A program made the translations under genes and the position numbers. A stretch of DNA of 54,967 bases from Balneolaceae bacterium (GTDB taxonomy: Bacteria; Bacteroidota; Rhodothermia; Balneolales; Balneolaceae). This document shows positions 10,130 to 19,461 of this stretch, piece by piece (position 1 is the stretch's first letter; each line of letters starts with the position of its first letter). The stretch lies in NCBI GenBank assembly GCA_007123985.1, contig SLGA01000214.1, positions 1-54,967 on the forward strand, read 5' to 3'. The notes under the pieces are model-generated. The model was not told the DNA's origin. It saw only the letters and a list, made by a program, of their open reading frames with translations, and did not search any database.

Positions 10130-11794
10130 ATGCGATACCTACTACTTTTCATCTTCTCACTAACTTTTTTTGCCTGTTCACAGCAACCTGAAAGTGCATT
10201 TGTGATGCATAATGTAAACGGCTACACACTTCAGAACGACGGACAGCTTGTTGCATTCGATGCCATTGCCGTTAAAGATGGGTTGGTTATAGAGCATGGT
10301 TCAAACGATTATATTACAGATAGATACGTTGATTTTGAGCAAATCGACGGAGGCGGGAAAACGATGCTGCCAGGCTTGATAGATGCTCACGCACACGTAA
10401 TGGGTTTGGGTGTTAGAGAGCTTGATGTAAATGTAGCCGGTATCCGCTCGCTGGAAGAGACACTCGAAACGGTGCGGCAGTTTGCAGAAGATAACACTGA
10501 CCGTGAGTGGATTACTGGCAGAGGTTGGAACCAGGTGCTATGGGAAGAGAACGAGTTTCCAACCGCAGCCGATCTGGATGCGGTGGTTCCCGACCGACCC
10601 GTATATTTGACCAGGGTTGACGGACACGCTGCATGGGCCAACACAAGAGCGATGGAGATAGCAGGAATTGATCGTGACACACCGGATCTGCAGGGCGGAG
10701 TAATTTTGCGAGACAATAACGGAGATGCAACAGGAATTTTTGTTGACGCAACAATGAGATACATCCGGTCTGAAATACCGGATCGGAATGAGCAGGATTA
10801 TGAACTTGCACTTGAACTTGCTCTCGCTGAAATGGCAAAATATGGGATTACATCGGTGCATGATGCCCGCACAAACGTGGATGAATGGGCACTCTACCAA
10901 TCCTTTGCTGATAATGGCCGTCTTTCTGCAAGAATTTATGCAATGATAGCCGGAACAGGCGATATTTTTGATGAAATGGCAGCCGCAGGGCCGATTGAAA
11001 GTTACGCGAATGATCTGCTTGCACTTCGCAGTGTGAAAATTTCATCGGATGGAGCACTTGGCAGCCGTGGTGCGGCACTTATTGACGATTACAGCGATGA
11101 TCCCGGGAATTACGGCCTTCTCTTTTTTACTCAGGAAGAGATGAACCAAATGCTGCTGAAGGGCGCATCAAACGGTTTCCAGATGAACATACATGCAATA
11201 GGAGATGCTGCCAATCGTCAGGTTCTTGACGGTTTTGAATATGTTCAAAATGAATTGGGAAATCAAAGCGGGTTGCGGCATAGAATAGAACATGCACAAA
11301 TTGTCGCTTTAGAAGATATTCCCAGATTTGTTGACCTTAATCTGATCGCTTCGATGCAGCAAACTCACGCAACAAGCGATATGAATATGGCCGAAGACCG
11401 TGTTGGTTCCGAACGGATTCGCGGTGCCTACGCATGGCAATCATTTTTAAACCAGGGCACGGTGATTGCAGCCGGTTCAGACTTTCCTGTTGAAGATGTA
11501 AATCCCTTTTATGGACTCTATTCAGCGGTTACAAGAAAAGATCACGATGGAATGCCTCCGGGAGGCTGGTACAGCGAACAACAGATGAGCCGGATAGAAG
11601 CTTTGCGATCCTTCACACTTGATGCAGCTTTTGCCGCCCATCAGGAAAATGTAATAGGTACACTTGAGACAGGTAAATGGGCTGATTTTATTCTGATTGA
11701 TCGCGACTATTTTAATATACCTGCCTCAGAAATTTGGCAAATTGAGGTACTACAAACCTGGCTGGCAGGCGAAAAAGTGTACGAAAAAGAGTGA
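10130..11794 (+). CDS. Amidohydrolase_3 family (YtcJ/NfdA-like) lipoprotein
   Basis: PGLIDAHAH, RVDGHAAWAN, KISSDGALGSRGA, HAIGDAAN, RIEHAQ, GSDFPV, GTLETGKWADF; lipobox FFAC after ATG 10130. Confidence 0.9.
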   Translation: MRYLLLFIFSLTFFACSQQPESAFVMHNVNGYTLQNDGQLVAFDAIAVKDGLVIEHGSNDYITDRYVDFEQIDGGGKTMLPGLIDAHAHVMGLGVRELDVNVAGIRSLEETLETVRQFAEDNTDREWITGRGWNQVLWEENEFPTAADLDAVVPDRPVYLTRVDGHAAWANTRAMEIAGIDRDTPDLQGGVILRDNNGDATGIFVDATMRYIRSEIPDRNEQDYELALELALAEMAKYGITSVHDARTNVDEWALYQSFADNGRLSARIYAMIAGTGDIFDEMAAAGPIESYANDLLALRSVKISSDGALGSRGAALIDDYSDDPGNYGLLFFTQEEMNQMLLKGASNGFQMNIHAIGDAANRQVLDGFEYVQNELGNQSGLRHRIEHAQIVALEDIPRFVDLNLIASMQQTHATSDMNMAEDRVGSERIRGAYAWQSFLNQGTVIAAGSDFPVEDVNPFYGLYSAVTRKDHDGMPPGGWYSEQQMSRIEALRSFTLDAAFAAHQENVIGTLETGKWADFILIDRDYFNIPASEIWQIEVLQTWLAGEKVYEKE

Positions 11795-13476
11795 TGAAAA
11801 TTCGGCTTGAACAACTAAATCCCATTATTGGGGATATTGAAGGTAATACTTCGATTATTCTGAAGGCACTTAAAAAAGCAGAATCGGATGGAGCAGATGT
11901 ACTGATTTTGCCAGAACTTGTGGTAACGGGATATCCGGCTCAGGATCTGTTTGAAAACAGTTATTTCCGATCTGAATGTTACGCAGCGAATAAGAAGATT
12001 ATTCAGGCATCAAAATCCACAGCCATTCTCTTTGGTTCGATTATGCCAAACAATGGGTTTGGGCGGAAAATGTATAACTCTGCACTGCTCGCGATAGATG
12101 GTGAACTACATGCCGTTGTTCACAAAACGCTATTGCCTACGTACGATGTTTTTGATGATTTTCGGTATTTCGAGCCAAACAAAGAGTTTCGTTGCGTAGA
12201 TTTTAAAGGGATAAAACTTGGAATTACCATCTGCGAGGATATCTGGTACAATGAAAATGAGGTGCAGTATCACACCTACGAAACAGACCCTGCTGCCAGG
12301 CTAAAAGAGATTGGTGCTGATGTAATTGTTAATATATCAGCCTCACCCTATACCATCTCAAAGCACGAAAACAGAAAACGGATGCTTCAGAAACATGCAG
12401 AAAAGCTGAAGCTACCGGTACTCTACAGCAATCAAACCGGTTCGCATACCGATATTGTTTTTGATGGTGATACAATGGGCATTAACTCGCACGCTGAAGT
12501 TATTGCAAATACATGTGCTTTCACCCAGGATTACTGCGACCTGATCTGGAATTCTGACAAGAAAGACATTGAAGCGATAGATCATAAGCCACTGAATCAG
12601 TACCCTGATAAAGGTCCTGAAAGGCATTTTGAAGCCATAAAATGCGGTTTGTCCGACTATTTCAATAAGACCGGAATAACGGCCAAAGCATTGGTTGGAT
12701 TAAGCGGTGGTATTGATTCTGCACTGGTCTGTACGGTTGCAGCTGAAGTGCTGGGTGCAGAAAATGTGAAGGCGATAACCATGCCAAGTGGTTTTTCGAG
12801 CGAGGGCAGTATTAGCGATTCTCAAAAACTCGCTGAAAATCTCGGTATTGAACTTTTTGAAATTTCCATCCAGTCGCTCTTCAGTGAATATACTCAGACA
12901 TTAGAGCCACTGTTCGAAGGTACTGATTTTGGTGTAGCTGAAGAAAACCTTCAGAGTAGAATACGCGGAACTCTTCTGATGGCGTATTCAAACAAGTTCG
13001 GCAACTTTTTGCTGACAACCGGCAATAAATCGGAGTATTCGGTTGGTTATGCAACACTCTATGGCGATATGAACGGCGCTCTTGGTATAATTGGTGATCT
13101 GTATAAAACCGAAGTTTTTGAGATGGCAAAATGGTTCAACCGCGATTATTTCAAAAGAGAAGTTATACCGGAGAACACCATCATCAAACCACCGAGTGCG
13201 GAACTGCGCCCCGATCAGAAAGACAGCGACAGCCTTCCGGATTATGAGGTATTAGATAACATACTTTATCGTTATATTGAATTGCTTGAAAGTCCCGAGC
13301 AAATTGTTGCTGCAGGGTATCAAAAGGAGGTTGTAAACGATGTGCTGAGATTAGTTGATTTTAATGAGTTTAAGAGATATCAGGCAGCACCGGTTCTTAA
13401 ACTCAGTTCAAAATCTTTCGGAAGTGGAAGAAGATGGCCCATTGTTCAGCGCTGGACTTTAAACAACAAAATTTAA
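11794..13476 (+). CDS. nadE: Glutamine-dependent NAD+ synthetase
   Basis: Nitrilase domain with E-K-C triad (PEL, HKTLLPTYDVFD, ICEDIW) fused to synthetase (GLSGGIDS, EENLQSRIRG, TGNKSE, PPSAELRPDQKDSDSLP). Confidence 0.96.
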   Translation: MKIRLEQLNPIIGDIEGNTSIILKALKKAESDGADVLILPELVVTGYPAQDLFENSYFRSECYAANKKIIQASKSTAILFGSIMPNNGFGRKMYNSALLAIDGELHAVVHKTLLPTYDVFDDFRYFEPNKEFRCVDFKGIKLGITICEDIWYNENEVQYHTYETDPAARLKEIGADVIVNISASPYTISKHENRKRMLQKHAEKLKLPVLYSNQTGSHTDIVFDGDTMGINSHAEVIANTCAFTQDYCDLIWNSDKKDIEAIDHKPLNQYPDKGPERHFEAIKCGLSDYFNKTGITAKALVGLSGGIDSALVCTVAAEVLGAENVKAITMPSGFSSEGSISDSQKLAENLGIELFEISIQSLFSEYTQTLEPLFEGTDFGVAEENLQSRIRGTLLMAYSNKFGNFLLTTGNKSEYSVGYATLYGDMNGALGIIGDLYKTEVFEMAKWFNRDYFKREVIPENTIIKPPSAELRPDQKDSDSLPDYEVLDNILYRYIELLESPEQIVAAGYQKEVVNDVLRLVDFNEFKRYQAAPVLKLSSKSFGSGRRWPIVQRWTLNNKI

Positions 13477-13577
13477 AATCTGTATAAAATTTGTTTACTT
13501 CACATTCCGTTAAGCTTGTGTATCCCAAAACATTTACAGATCGCTAACTAAAAATCTTTTCGAAACCTGCTTTATTT

Positions 13578-15560
13578 ATGAAACAGACTCTACTACTTCT
13601 TTCAATTCTGCTTATTGGCACATCCGTTTTTGCACAACAAACCGAATCAACAGAAGTAGAGATGCCGCCTAAACTGCTTCCTTATTCCAATCCGCTCACA
13701 GACTCACGGGAGGAACTAAGGGTTATCGAGCAGCCTGCTTTGTCAACAGAGATGGACACGGAATTGCTGAGACGAATTTCCAATGTGTACAGATTGCATG
13801 TAATGGCTATCGACGCACAGGTGCAGGGCGATCTTGTGCAGGCTGAGAACTACATCAATGAATCGTTCGCGGCAATTCAAACGCTGATGGATGAGTATCC
13901 GGAAATTCAAAACAGCCGCCGTTTTGCGGAACTTTATCGATCTGTAATGGCAGAACACAGTGAATTTTACGGAATCACCGAGGTTCGCAGCGAAACCGAA
14001 GGTGATATTTTTGACATCCGATCCGAACTATTTTCTGAGCAGGATGACTGGATTGCAGAAGGCTTTGTTCTTCCCGAAAACCTTACGATTAATAACACAG
14101 ATGTTCCGCTGATTCAAAATCAACACGTAAACAGGCATCTGATGTATTATACGGTACGCCGGCCGGATGTTATGGAGCGATGGTTGGAGAGATCAGAGTA
14201 TTATTTCCCCATGATGCGTGAAATTTTTGAAGATGAAGGTGTACCCCTTGAACTGATTCACCTCTCAATGATTGAGAGCGGGCTTGTACCAACCGCAAGA
14301 AGCTGGGCTGCAGCTGTAGGTTTATGGCAGTTTATTCGTGCAACAGGCAGATTTTACGGCTTGGAAGTTAACTGGTGGATAGATGAACGGCGCGACCCGA
14401 TCAAATCAACCCGTGCAGCAGCACAACATTTGCGAGATTTATATGAAGTATGGGGAGACTGGCATCTTGCGCTTGCAAATTATAACCTGAGCCCGCGAGG
14501 ATTGAGACGAGCCATTAATGCGGCCGGTGGCGTAGAAGATTATTGGGTTGCTTTTCCATATCTGCCGCGGGAAACGCGTGGTTACGTGCCCAGTTACATC
14601 GCGGCCACGATGATTGCGATGAGTCCTGAAGAGTTTGGTTTTGAACGGCCGAGAAATGGCGTGGCATACGAATTTGATATCGCAGAGGTAGACGGGCTCG
14701 TTCCATTGGAAGATCTTGCAAATGCAGCTAATATTTCCCTTCAGGAACTTAGAGATTTGAATCCTGAGTTACTGCGATGGGCAACTCCTCCGGGTGATAG
14801 CTATCCGCTGAAAATCCCTAAAGGTACAATGGATGAGTTTTTGGCAGCATATCAGGAAATTCCCAAAGAGAACAGAGCTCAGGAAGTAGCTATGCATACA
14901 GTAAGCCGTGGGGAATCTCTCGGATTTATTGCCCAAAGGTACGGTACCACTGTACGTGCACTTTATGAATCGAATGAGGGTTTATCAAATATTATTCACC
15001 CCGGCCAGCGAATAGTGGTACCGGTTGCAGCAAGCTCTGCAGGGCAAATTGCCGCCAACAGGCCTTCAAACCAACCACAGAGAACATCAACTGCCTCAAC
15101 TTCACAGCAAACGCAACAGGCACCGGCAAATACTTCGTCGGTTACATATGTTGTGAAAAGCGGAGATACAATTGGCCATATTGCAGAATGGTTTGATGTA
15201 AGAGCCTGGCAGATTAGAAGCTGGAACGGAGTTGGAAATACCATACGAGTGGGGCAGCGATTAACCGTGCACGTTCCGAACAATCGGGCAGATTTTTACA
15301 GGCAGATAGATGGGCTTACGTTTGCGCAGAAACAGGATCTGCAGAGAAGACAGCGGGCCGGAGAAGATATTTATGCACTTCGATTTGACGGATCTTCATC
15401 AAGCAGTGATGGTCCTATCAGATATACAGTGCGAAGAAATGATACACTGATTGGGATTGCAAACAGGCATGGTGTCTCAGTAGCCGATATTCAACGAGAT
15501 AATAACATCAGTGGATCACGCATTTATGCAGGGCAGACACTGACGATCCGAAGAAGATAA
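13578..15560 (+). CDS. mltD: MltD-like lytic transglycosylase with three LysM domains
   Basis: Signal peptide; SLT motifs IESG, GLWQF, DERRDP, ANYN, LPRETRGYVP; LysM repeats HTVSRGESL, YVVKSGDTI, YTVRRNDTL. Confidence 0.88.
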   Translation: MKQTLLLLSILLIGTSVFAQQTESTEVEMPPKLLPYSNPLTDSREELRVIEQPALSTEMDTELLRRISNVYRLHVMAIDAQVQGDLVQAENYINESFAAIQTLMDEYPEIQNSRRFAELYRSVMAEHSEFYGITEVRSETEGDIFDIRSELFSEQDDWIAEGFVLPENLTINNTDVPLIQNQHVNRHLMYYTVRRPDVMERWLERSEYYFPMMREIFEDEGVPLELIHLSMIESGLVPTARSWAAAVGLWQFIRATGRFYGLEVNWWIDERRDPIKSTRAAAQHLRDLYEVWGDWHLALANYNLSPRGLRRAINAAGGVEDYWVAFPYLPRETRGYVPSYIAATMIAMSPEEFGFERPRNGVAYEFDIAEVDGLVPLEDLANAANISLQELRDLNPELLRWATPPGDSYPLKIPKGTMDEFLAAYQEIPKENRAQEVAMHTVSRGESLGFIAQRYGTTVRALYESNEGLSNIIHPGQRIVVPVAASSAGQIAANRPSNQPQRTSTASTSQQTQQAPANTSSVTYVVKSGDTIGHIAEWFDVRAWQIRSWNGVGNTIRVGQRLTVHVPNNRADFYRQIDGLTFAQKQDLQRRQRAGEDIYALRFDGSSSSSDGPIRYTVRRNDTLIGIANRHGVSVADIQRDNNISGSRIYAGQTLTIRRR

Positions 15561-15567
15561 TTTATAC

Positions 15568-17217
15568 ATGAAATATGCAGGCAGGCTTGCAGCACTACTA
15601 ATACTTACAGTATTTCTTATCACAAGTGTTGCTTTTGTAAAGAACAACGATCTGTTTTTTCAAATAAAAAAGCAGCTCACCATCTTCAGTGATGTCTATC
15701 GCGAGGTTGCCACGCAATATGTGGAAGATATCAGTCCCGAATCGCTGATGAAAAGCAGTATCAACGCGATGCTGGAAACACTGGATCCCTACACTGTTTT
15801 CATCGATGAAGGAGAACAGCAGCAGATGGAAATTCTCTCATCCGGTTCTTACGGCGGTATTGGTATTGAGGCCGGTTTTCGGGGAGATGAGATCGTAATT
15901 ATTGCACCGCTTGAGGGGTATCCCGCTCAGCGAGCCGGAATGCGTCCCGGAGATATTATTGTAGGTGTGAATGATGTTCAGGTAAGGGGAATGTCTCCCG
16001 AAGAAGTTCAACGTTTAACACTTGGTGATGCGGGTTCGGAAATTCAAATTACCATTCGCCGCCCGGCTCTTGAGGAAGATATAACGTTTAATCTTGTGCG
16101 CGAACGTATTGAAGTGAATAACATCAATTTTGCCACAAAACTTGGTGAAAATAATAATTTAGGCTATATACATCTTGCCCGGTTTGGCCAGCAAACGGCC
16201 GAGGAAGTTCGCAATCAGCTTATTGAGTTTAGTCAGTCGGGTACTTTTGATGGGCTTATTCTGGATCTGAGAAACAATCCCGGTGGGTTGTTAAATGAAG
16301 CGGTGGATCTGATTGATAAATTTATTGAACCTGGTGTGACAATTGTTGAGACGCGCGGCAGATCGGAAAATCATAATAGTACCATGGTTACATCCGAACC
16401 TGCTATGTTTGAAGACCTACCCATCGCTGTGCTGATAAATGAGGGAAGTGCAAGTGCATCCGAAATAGTTGCCGGTGTATTTCAGGATCTCGACAGAGCT
16501 GTAATTATTGGTGAGAACAGTTTTGGGAAAGGTCTTGTACAAACAGTAAGACCGTTATCGTACAATACTTCGTTAAAAATTACCATTTCCAAATATTACA
16601 TCCCAAGCGGCAGAAGTATCCAGCCGTTAGAAACTTCTCACCGGGTTGACGGTACTTCATCAGTCGCAGCCGATTCATTGCGAAGAGCATTTCGTACAAA
16701 AAACGGCAGAGTAGTATTTGATGGTGACGGAATTGAACCCGACATCCCGTTGCCGGGCCACGCATCCTCACTGCTTGAGCTGGCATTACAGCAAAGTAAC
16801 AGATACTTCTTTTTTGTGAATGATATGATCTCAAAAATGGGAGAGAGCAGTGACGTGGAAATGCCGGATGATCTCTTTAAACAATTTACACGAAGCCTGG
16901 TAGAAGAAGGTTTTACATTTGAAACACCGGTTGACAGGCATCTTGCTGCTATTGAAGCAAACATGGAGAATTTTTCGAAGGAGGAGTCTGCACAAAGCAA
17001 CCTGGAAGAATTAAAAGCTCTCTTAAGAGATTATAAAATTTCTCAGATTTATGACAATCAAGAGATGATCGAACGCAATTTGCACATTGAATGGATCACA
17101 CAGACACTTGGAGAAAACAGACGAAATGAGGCGCTCCTTCAGATTGACGAACCTGTACTGAAAGCTCTGCAGACTCTGTTAAACCCTTATGAATACCAGA
17201 CAGTACTAAGGCCTTAA
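15568..17217 (+). CDS. S41 C-terminal processing peptidase (CtpA/Prc-like)
   Basis: LDPYT, PDZ (YGGIGI), DLRNNPGGLL, SASASEIVAG, SFGKGLVQ, YYIPSGR. Confidence 0.93.
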   Translation: MKYAGRLAALLILTVFLITSVAFVKNNDLFFQIKKQLTIFSDVYREVATQYVEDISPESLMKSSINAMLETLDPYTVFIDEGEQQQMEILSSGSYGGIGIEAGFRGDEIVIIAPLEGYPAQRAGMRPGDIIVGVNDVQVRGMSPEEVQRLTLGDAGSEIQITIRRPALEEDITFNLVRERIEVNNINFATKLGENNNLGYIHLARFGQQTAEEVRNQLIEFSQSGTFDGLILDLRNNPGGLLNEAVDLIDKFIEPGVTIVETRGRSENHNSTMVTSEPAMFEDLPIAVLINEGSASASEIVAGVFQDLDRAVIIGENSFGKGLVQTVRPLSYNTSLKITISKYYIPSGRSIQPLETSHRVDGTSSVAADSLRRAFRTKNGRVVFDGDGIEPDIPLPGHASSLLELALQQSNRYFFFVNDMISKMGESSDVEMPDDLFKQFTRSLVEEGFTFETPVDRHLAAIEANMENFSKEESAQSNLEELKALLRDYKISQIYDNQEMIERNLHIEWITQTLGENRRNEALLQIDEPVLKALQTLLNPYEYQTVLRP

Positions 17218-17221
17218 CGTA

Positions 17222-18073
17222 TTGGGAAAAGCAGATTTACATACTCACACAAATGCATCTGATGGAGATTTATCCCCGGAGGAGCTTTTGGAAAAGGCTA
17301 AGTCAAAGAAATTAAAAACGCTGGCAATTACCGACCACGATACCATAAAAGGTTATCTGAAAGCAAAGGAAATTGCACCCGATTTTGGAATCGAACTGCT
17401 TTCGGGGGTGGAAATAACTGCTCTTTGGAACTCGAAAGAGATCCACCTGCTGGCCTACAATTTTGATGATGAAGATCACCCTTTTCGAAACTTACTTCTG
17501 AAACAAAGAACCGCACGAAAGTTGCGAATGCAGGCAATTGTGGAGGTTTTAAATGCCCAGGGACTGGATATTGATTATGAAGAGGTTTTAGCTGAGGCAA
17601 ATATGGGGAATGTCGGTCGACCGCATGCAGCATCCATTCTAATCAGAAAAGGGTATGTTTCCGGCGTGGCTGAGGCGTTTATTCGATATCTGTCATCAGA
17701 AAAATTGAAAGGTGTGCGTACAAATTATGCATCTATCGATGAAGTGATTCGGGTTACTAAAGATGCAAACGGGGTAATTTCGCTTGCTCATCCCGGCAGG
17801 CTCTACTCCGACGGTGAAGTTTTTTCACTGATTGAGAAGGGTCTTGACGGCTTAGAGTGCATACATCCAAGCCATAATTTCAGTACGCAGAGAAAATTTA
17901 CGGCACTGGCAAAATCCAGAAATCTTCTGATTACAGGTGGCAGCGACTACCATGGTACGGGTAAATCCGAATATGATCCCTATCTTGGTATAGTTACTTT
18001 GGGAGATCAGTACATAGAGGCCATAAAACGAACCTCTGAGAATCGAAGGCGAATCGTAAACGTTGTAAATTAA
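17222..18073 (+). CDS. PHP-domain phosphoesterase (YciV/TrpH-like)
   Basis: DLHTHTNASDG, ITDHD, GVEIT, HLLAY, GRPH, LAHP, GGSDYHG. Confidence 0.9.
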   Translation: MGKADLHTHTNASDGDLSPEELLEKAKSKKLKTLAITDHDTIKGYLKAKEIAPDFGIELLSGVEITALWNSKEIHLLAYNFDDEDHPFRNLLLKQRTARKLRMQAIVEVLNAQGLDIDYEEVLAEANMGNVGRPHAASILIRKGYVSGVAEAFIRYLSSEKLKGVRTNYASIDEVIRVTKDANGVISLAHPGRLYSDGEVFSLIEKGLDGLECIHPSHNFSTQRKFTALAKSRNLLITGGSDYHGTGKSEYDPYLGIVTLGDQYIEAIKRTSENRRRIVNVVN

Positions 18074-18078
18074 GAGTT

Positions 18079-18549
18079 ATGAAAGAAATTGATCTAAACT
18101 GGCAAAACGTTAATATAGCCCTTGTAGCCGCGAAATGGAACTCATTTATCACGGATGAGATGCTTGGTGCGGCCCTGCACACCCTTAAAGACAAAGGCAT
18201 TACGGATGAAAACATATTTGTTTACCGATGTCCCGGTTCGTTTGAAATCCCGCTTGTGTGCAAGTGGTGTCTGGAACATTTGGAAGTAGATGGAGTTGTT
18301 GCTATCGGTGCTGTAATCCGTGGAGGAACACCACATTTTGATTATGTTTGTGATGCAGTAACCCGAGGCATCACAGATCTGAACATGAGCGCTTCAAAAC
18401 CGGTTTCATTCGGTATTTTAACTACAGATAATGTTGAACAGGCAGAAGAACGCGCAAGCGTTGATAAAGGTAACAAAGGCGCAGAAGCAGCAATCGCTCT
18501 CTGTGAAATGCTTGAGATTAGGCAGTCAATCCGGCTTGAAGGCAGTTAA
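18079..18549 (+). CDS. ribH: 6,7-dimethyl-8-ribityllumazine synthase
   Basis: AKWNSFIT, PGSFEIP, GAVIRGGTPHFDYV, FGILTTD, NKGAEAA. Confidence 0.97.
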   Translation: MKEIDLNWQNVNIALVAAKWNSFITDEMLGAALHTLKDKGITDENIFVYRCPGSFEIPLVCKWCLEHLEVDGVVAIGAVIRGGTPHFDYVCDAVTRGITDLNMSASKPVSFGILTTDNVEQAEERASVDKGNKGAEAAIALCEMLEIRQSIRLEGS

Positions 18550-18610
18550 ATAGAGCTTGAAAAGCGTTGAAAATAACTCTAATATATAGAGCTACAAAGA
18601 TTTCTAAAAA

Positions 18611-19444
18611 ATGGCCAGCGAACCGCTAACAATTACAGATACAAAGCAGTCAGAAGAGGATAAAAAACTTCAGGAAGAGGTAAAAGCTTCCGGTTCTATA
18701 CCTGCTCATATTGCTATAATTATGGACGGAAACGGCCGTTGGGCACAGAAAAAAGGTAATATTCGTTTGCATGGACACAAAGCAGGAGTAAAGTCTGTAA
18801 GGGATGTTACGGAATCCTGCGCACAGCTTGGAGTTAAGTATCTCACTCTCTATGCATTCTCAACCGAGAACTGGAACAGGCCATCAGCAGAAATAAACGG
18901 ACTCATGAAGTTACTGGTGCAGTCCCTTAGGGATGAAGCCGATCGCCTCGTTAAAAATGATATTAAACTCGTTACTATTGGCCAAATTGAACGGTTGCCT
19001 GCAAAATGCCAGAGGCAGCTGCAGGAAGTAAAAGACCTGACAAAAGATAACAAACGAATGCAATTATGCCTCGCTTTGAGCTACTCCGGCCGGTGGGATA
19101 TTACCGAAGCAGTAAAGCAAATTGCAAAAGAGGTTGAAAGTGGTAACATCGATCCTGATCAGATTGATGACAATTTAATAGGCTCATACCTGTCAACAGC
19201 AGCAATACCGGATCCCGATTTAATCATCCGTACAAGCGGTGAATATCGTATCAGTAATTTTCTGCTTTGGCAATTAGCCTACTCCGAACTTTTCATAACA
19301 GAAACCTATTGGCCTGATTTTAGAAGAGATGAACTTTATCGTGCAATCTTCTCCTATCAAAAACGTGATCGCAGATACGGGAAAGTTAAAAACGGATATA
19401 ACAAAAGTATATCAGCATCAGTTATAAACCATATTACATCGTAA
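18611..19444 (+). CDS. uppS: Undecaprenyl diphosphate synthase
   Basis: HIAIIMDGNGRWA, YAFSTENWNRP, ALSYSGR, DLIIRTSGEYRISNFLLWQ. Confidence 0.97.
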   Translation: MASEPLTITDTKQSEEDKKLQEEVKASGSIPAHIAIIMDGNGRWAQKKGNIRLHGHKAGVKSVRDVTESCAQLGVKYLTLYAFSTENWNRPSAEINGLMKLLVQSLRDEADRLVKNDIKLVTIGQIERLPAKCQRQLQEVKDLTKDNKRMQLCLALSYSGRWDITEAVKQIAKEVESGNIDPDQIDDNLIGSYLSTAAIPDPDLIIRTSGEYRISNFLLWQLAYSELFITETYWPDFRRDELYRAIFSYQKRDRRYGKVKNGYNKSISASVINHITS

Positions 19445-19461
19445 ACGGAAGGAAAGAAAGT

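Noticed and set aside
15050-15140. Q/S/T-rich low-complexity stretch in mltD
   Set aside because: Ordinary flexible linker between LysM domains; no DNA tandem repeat.
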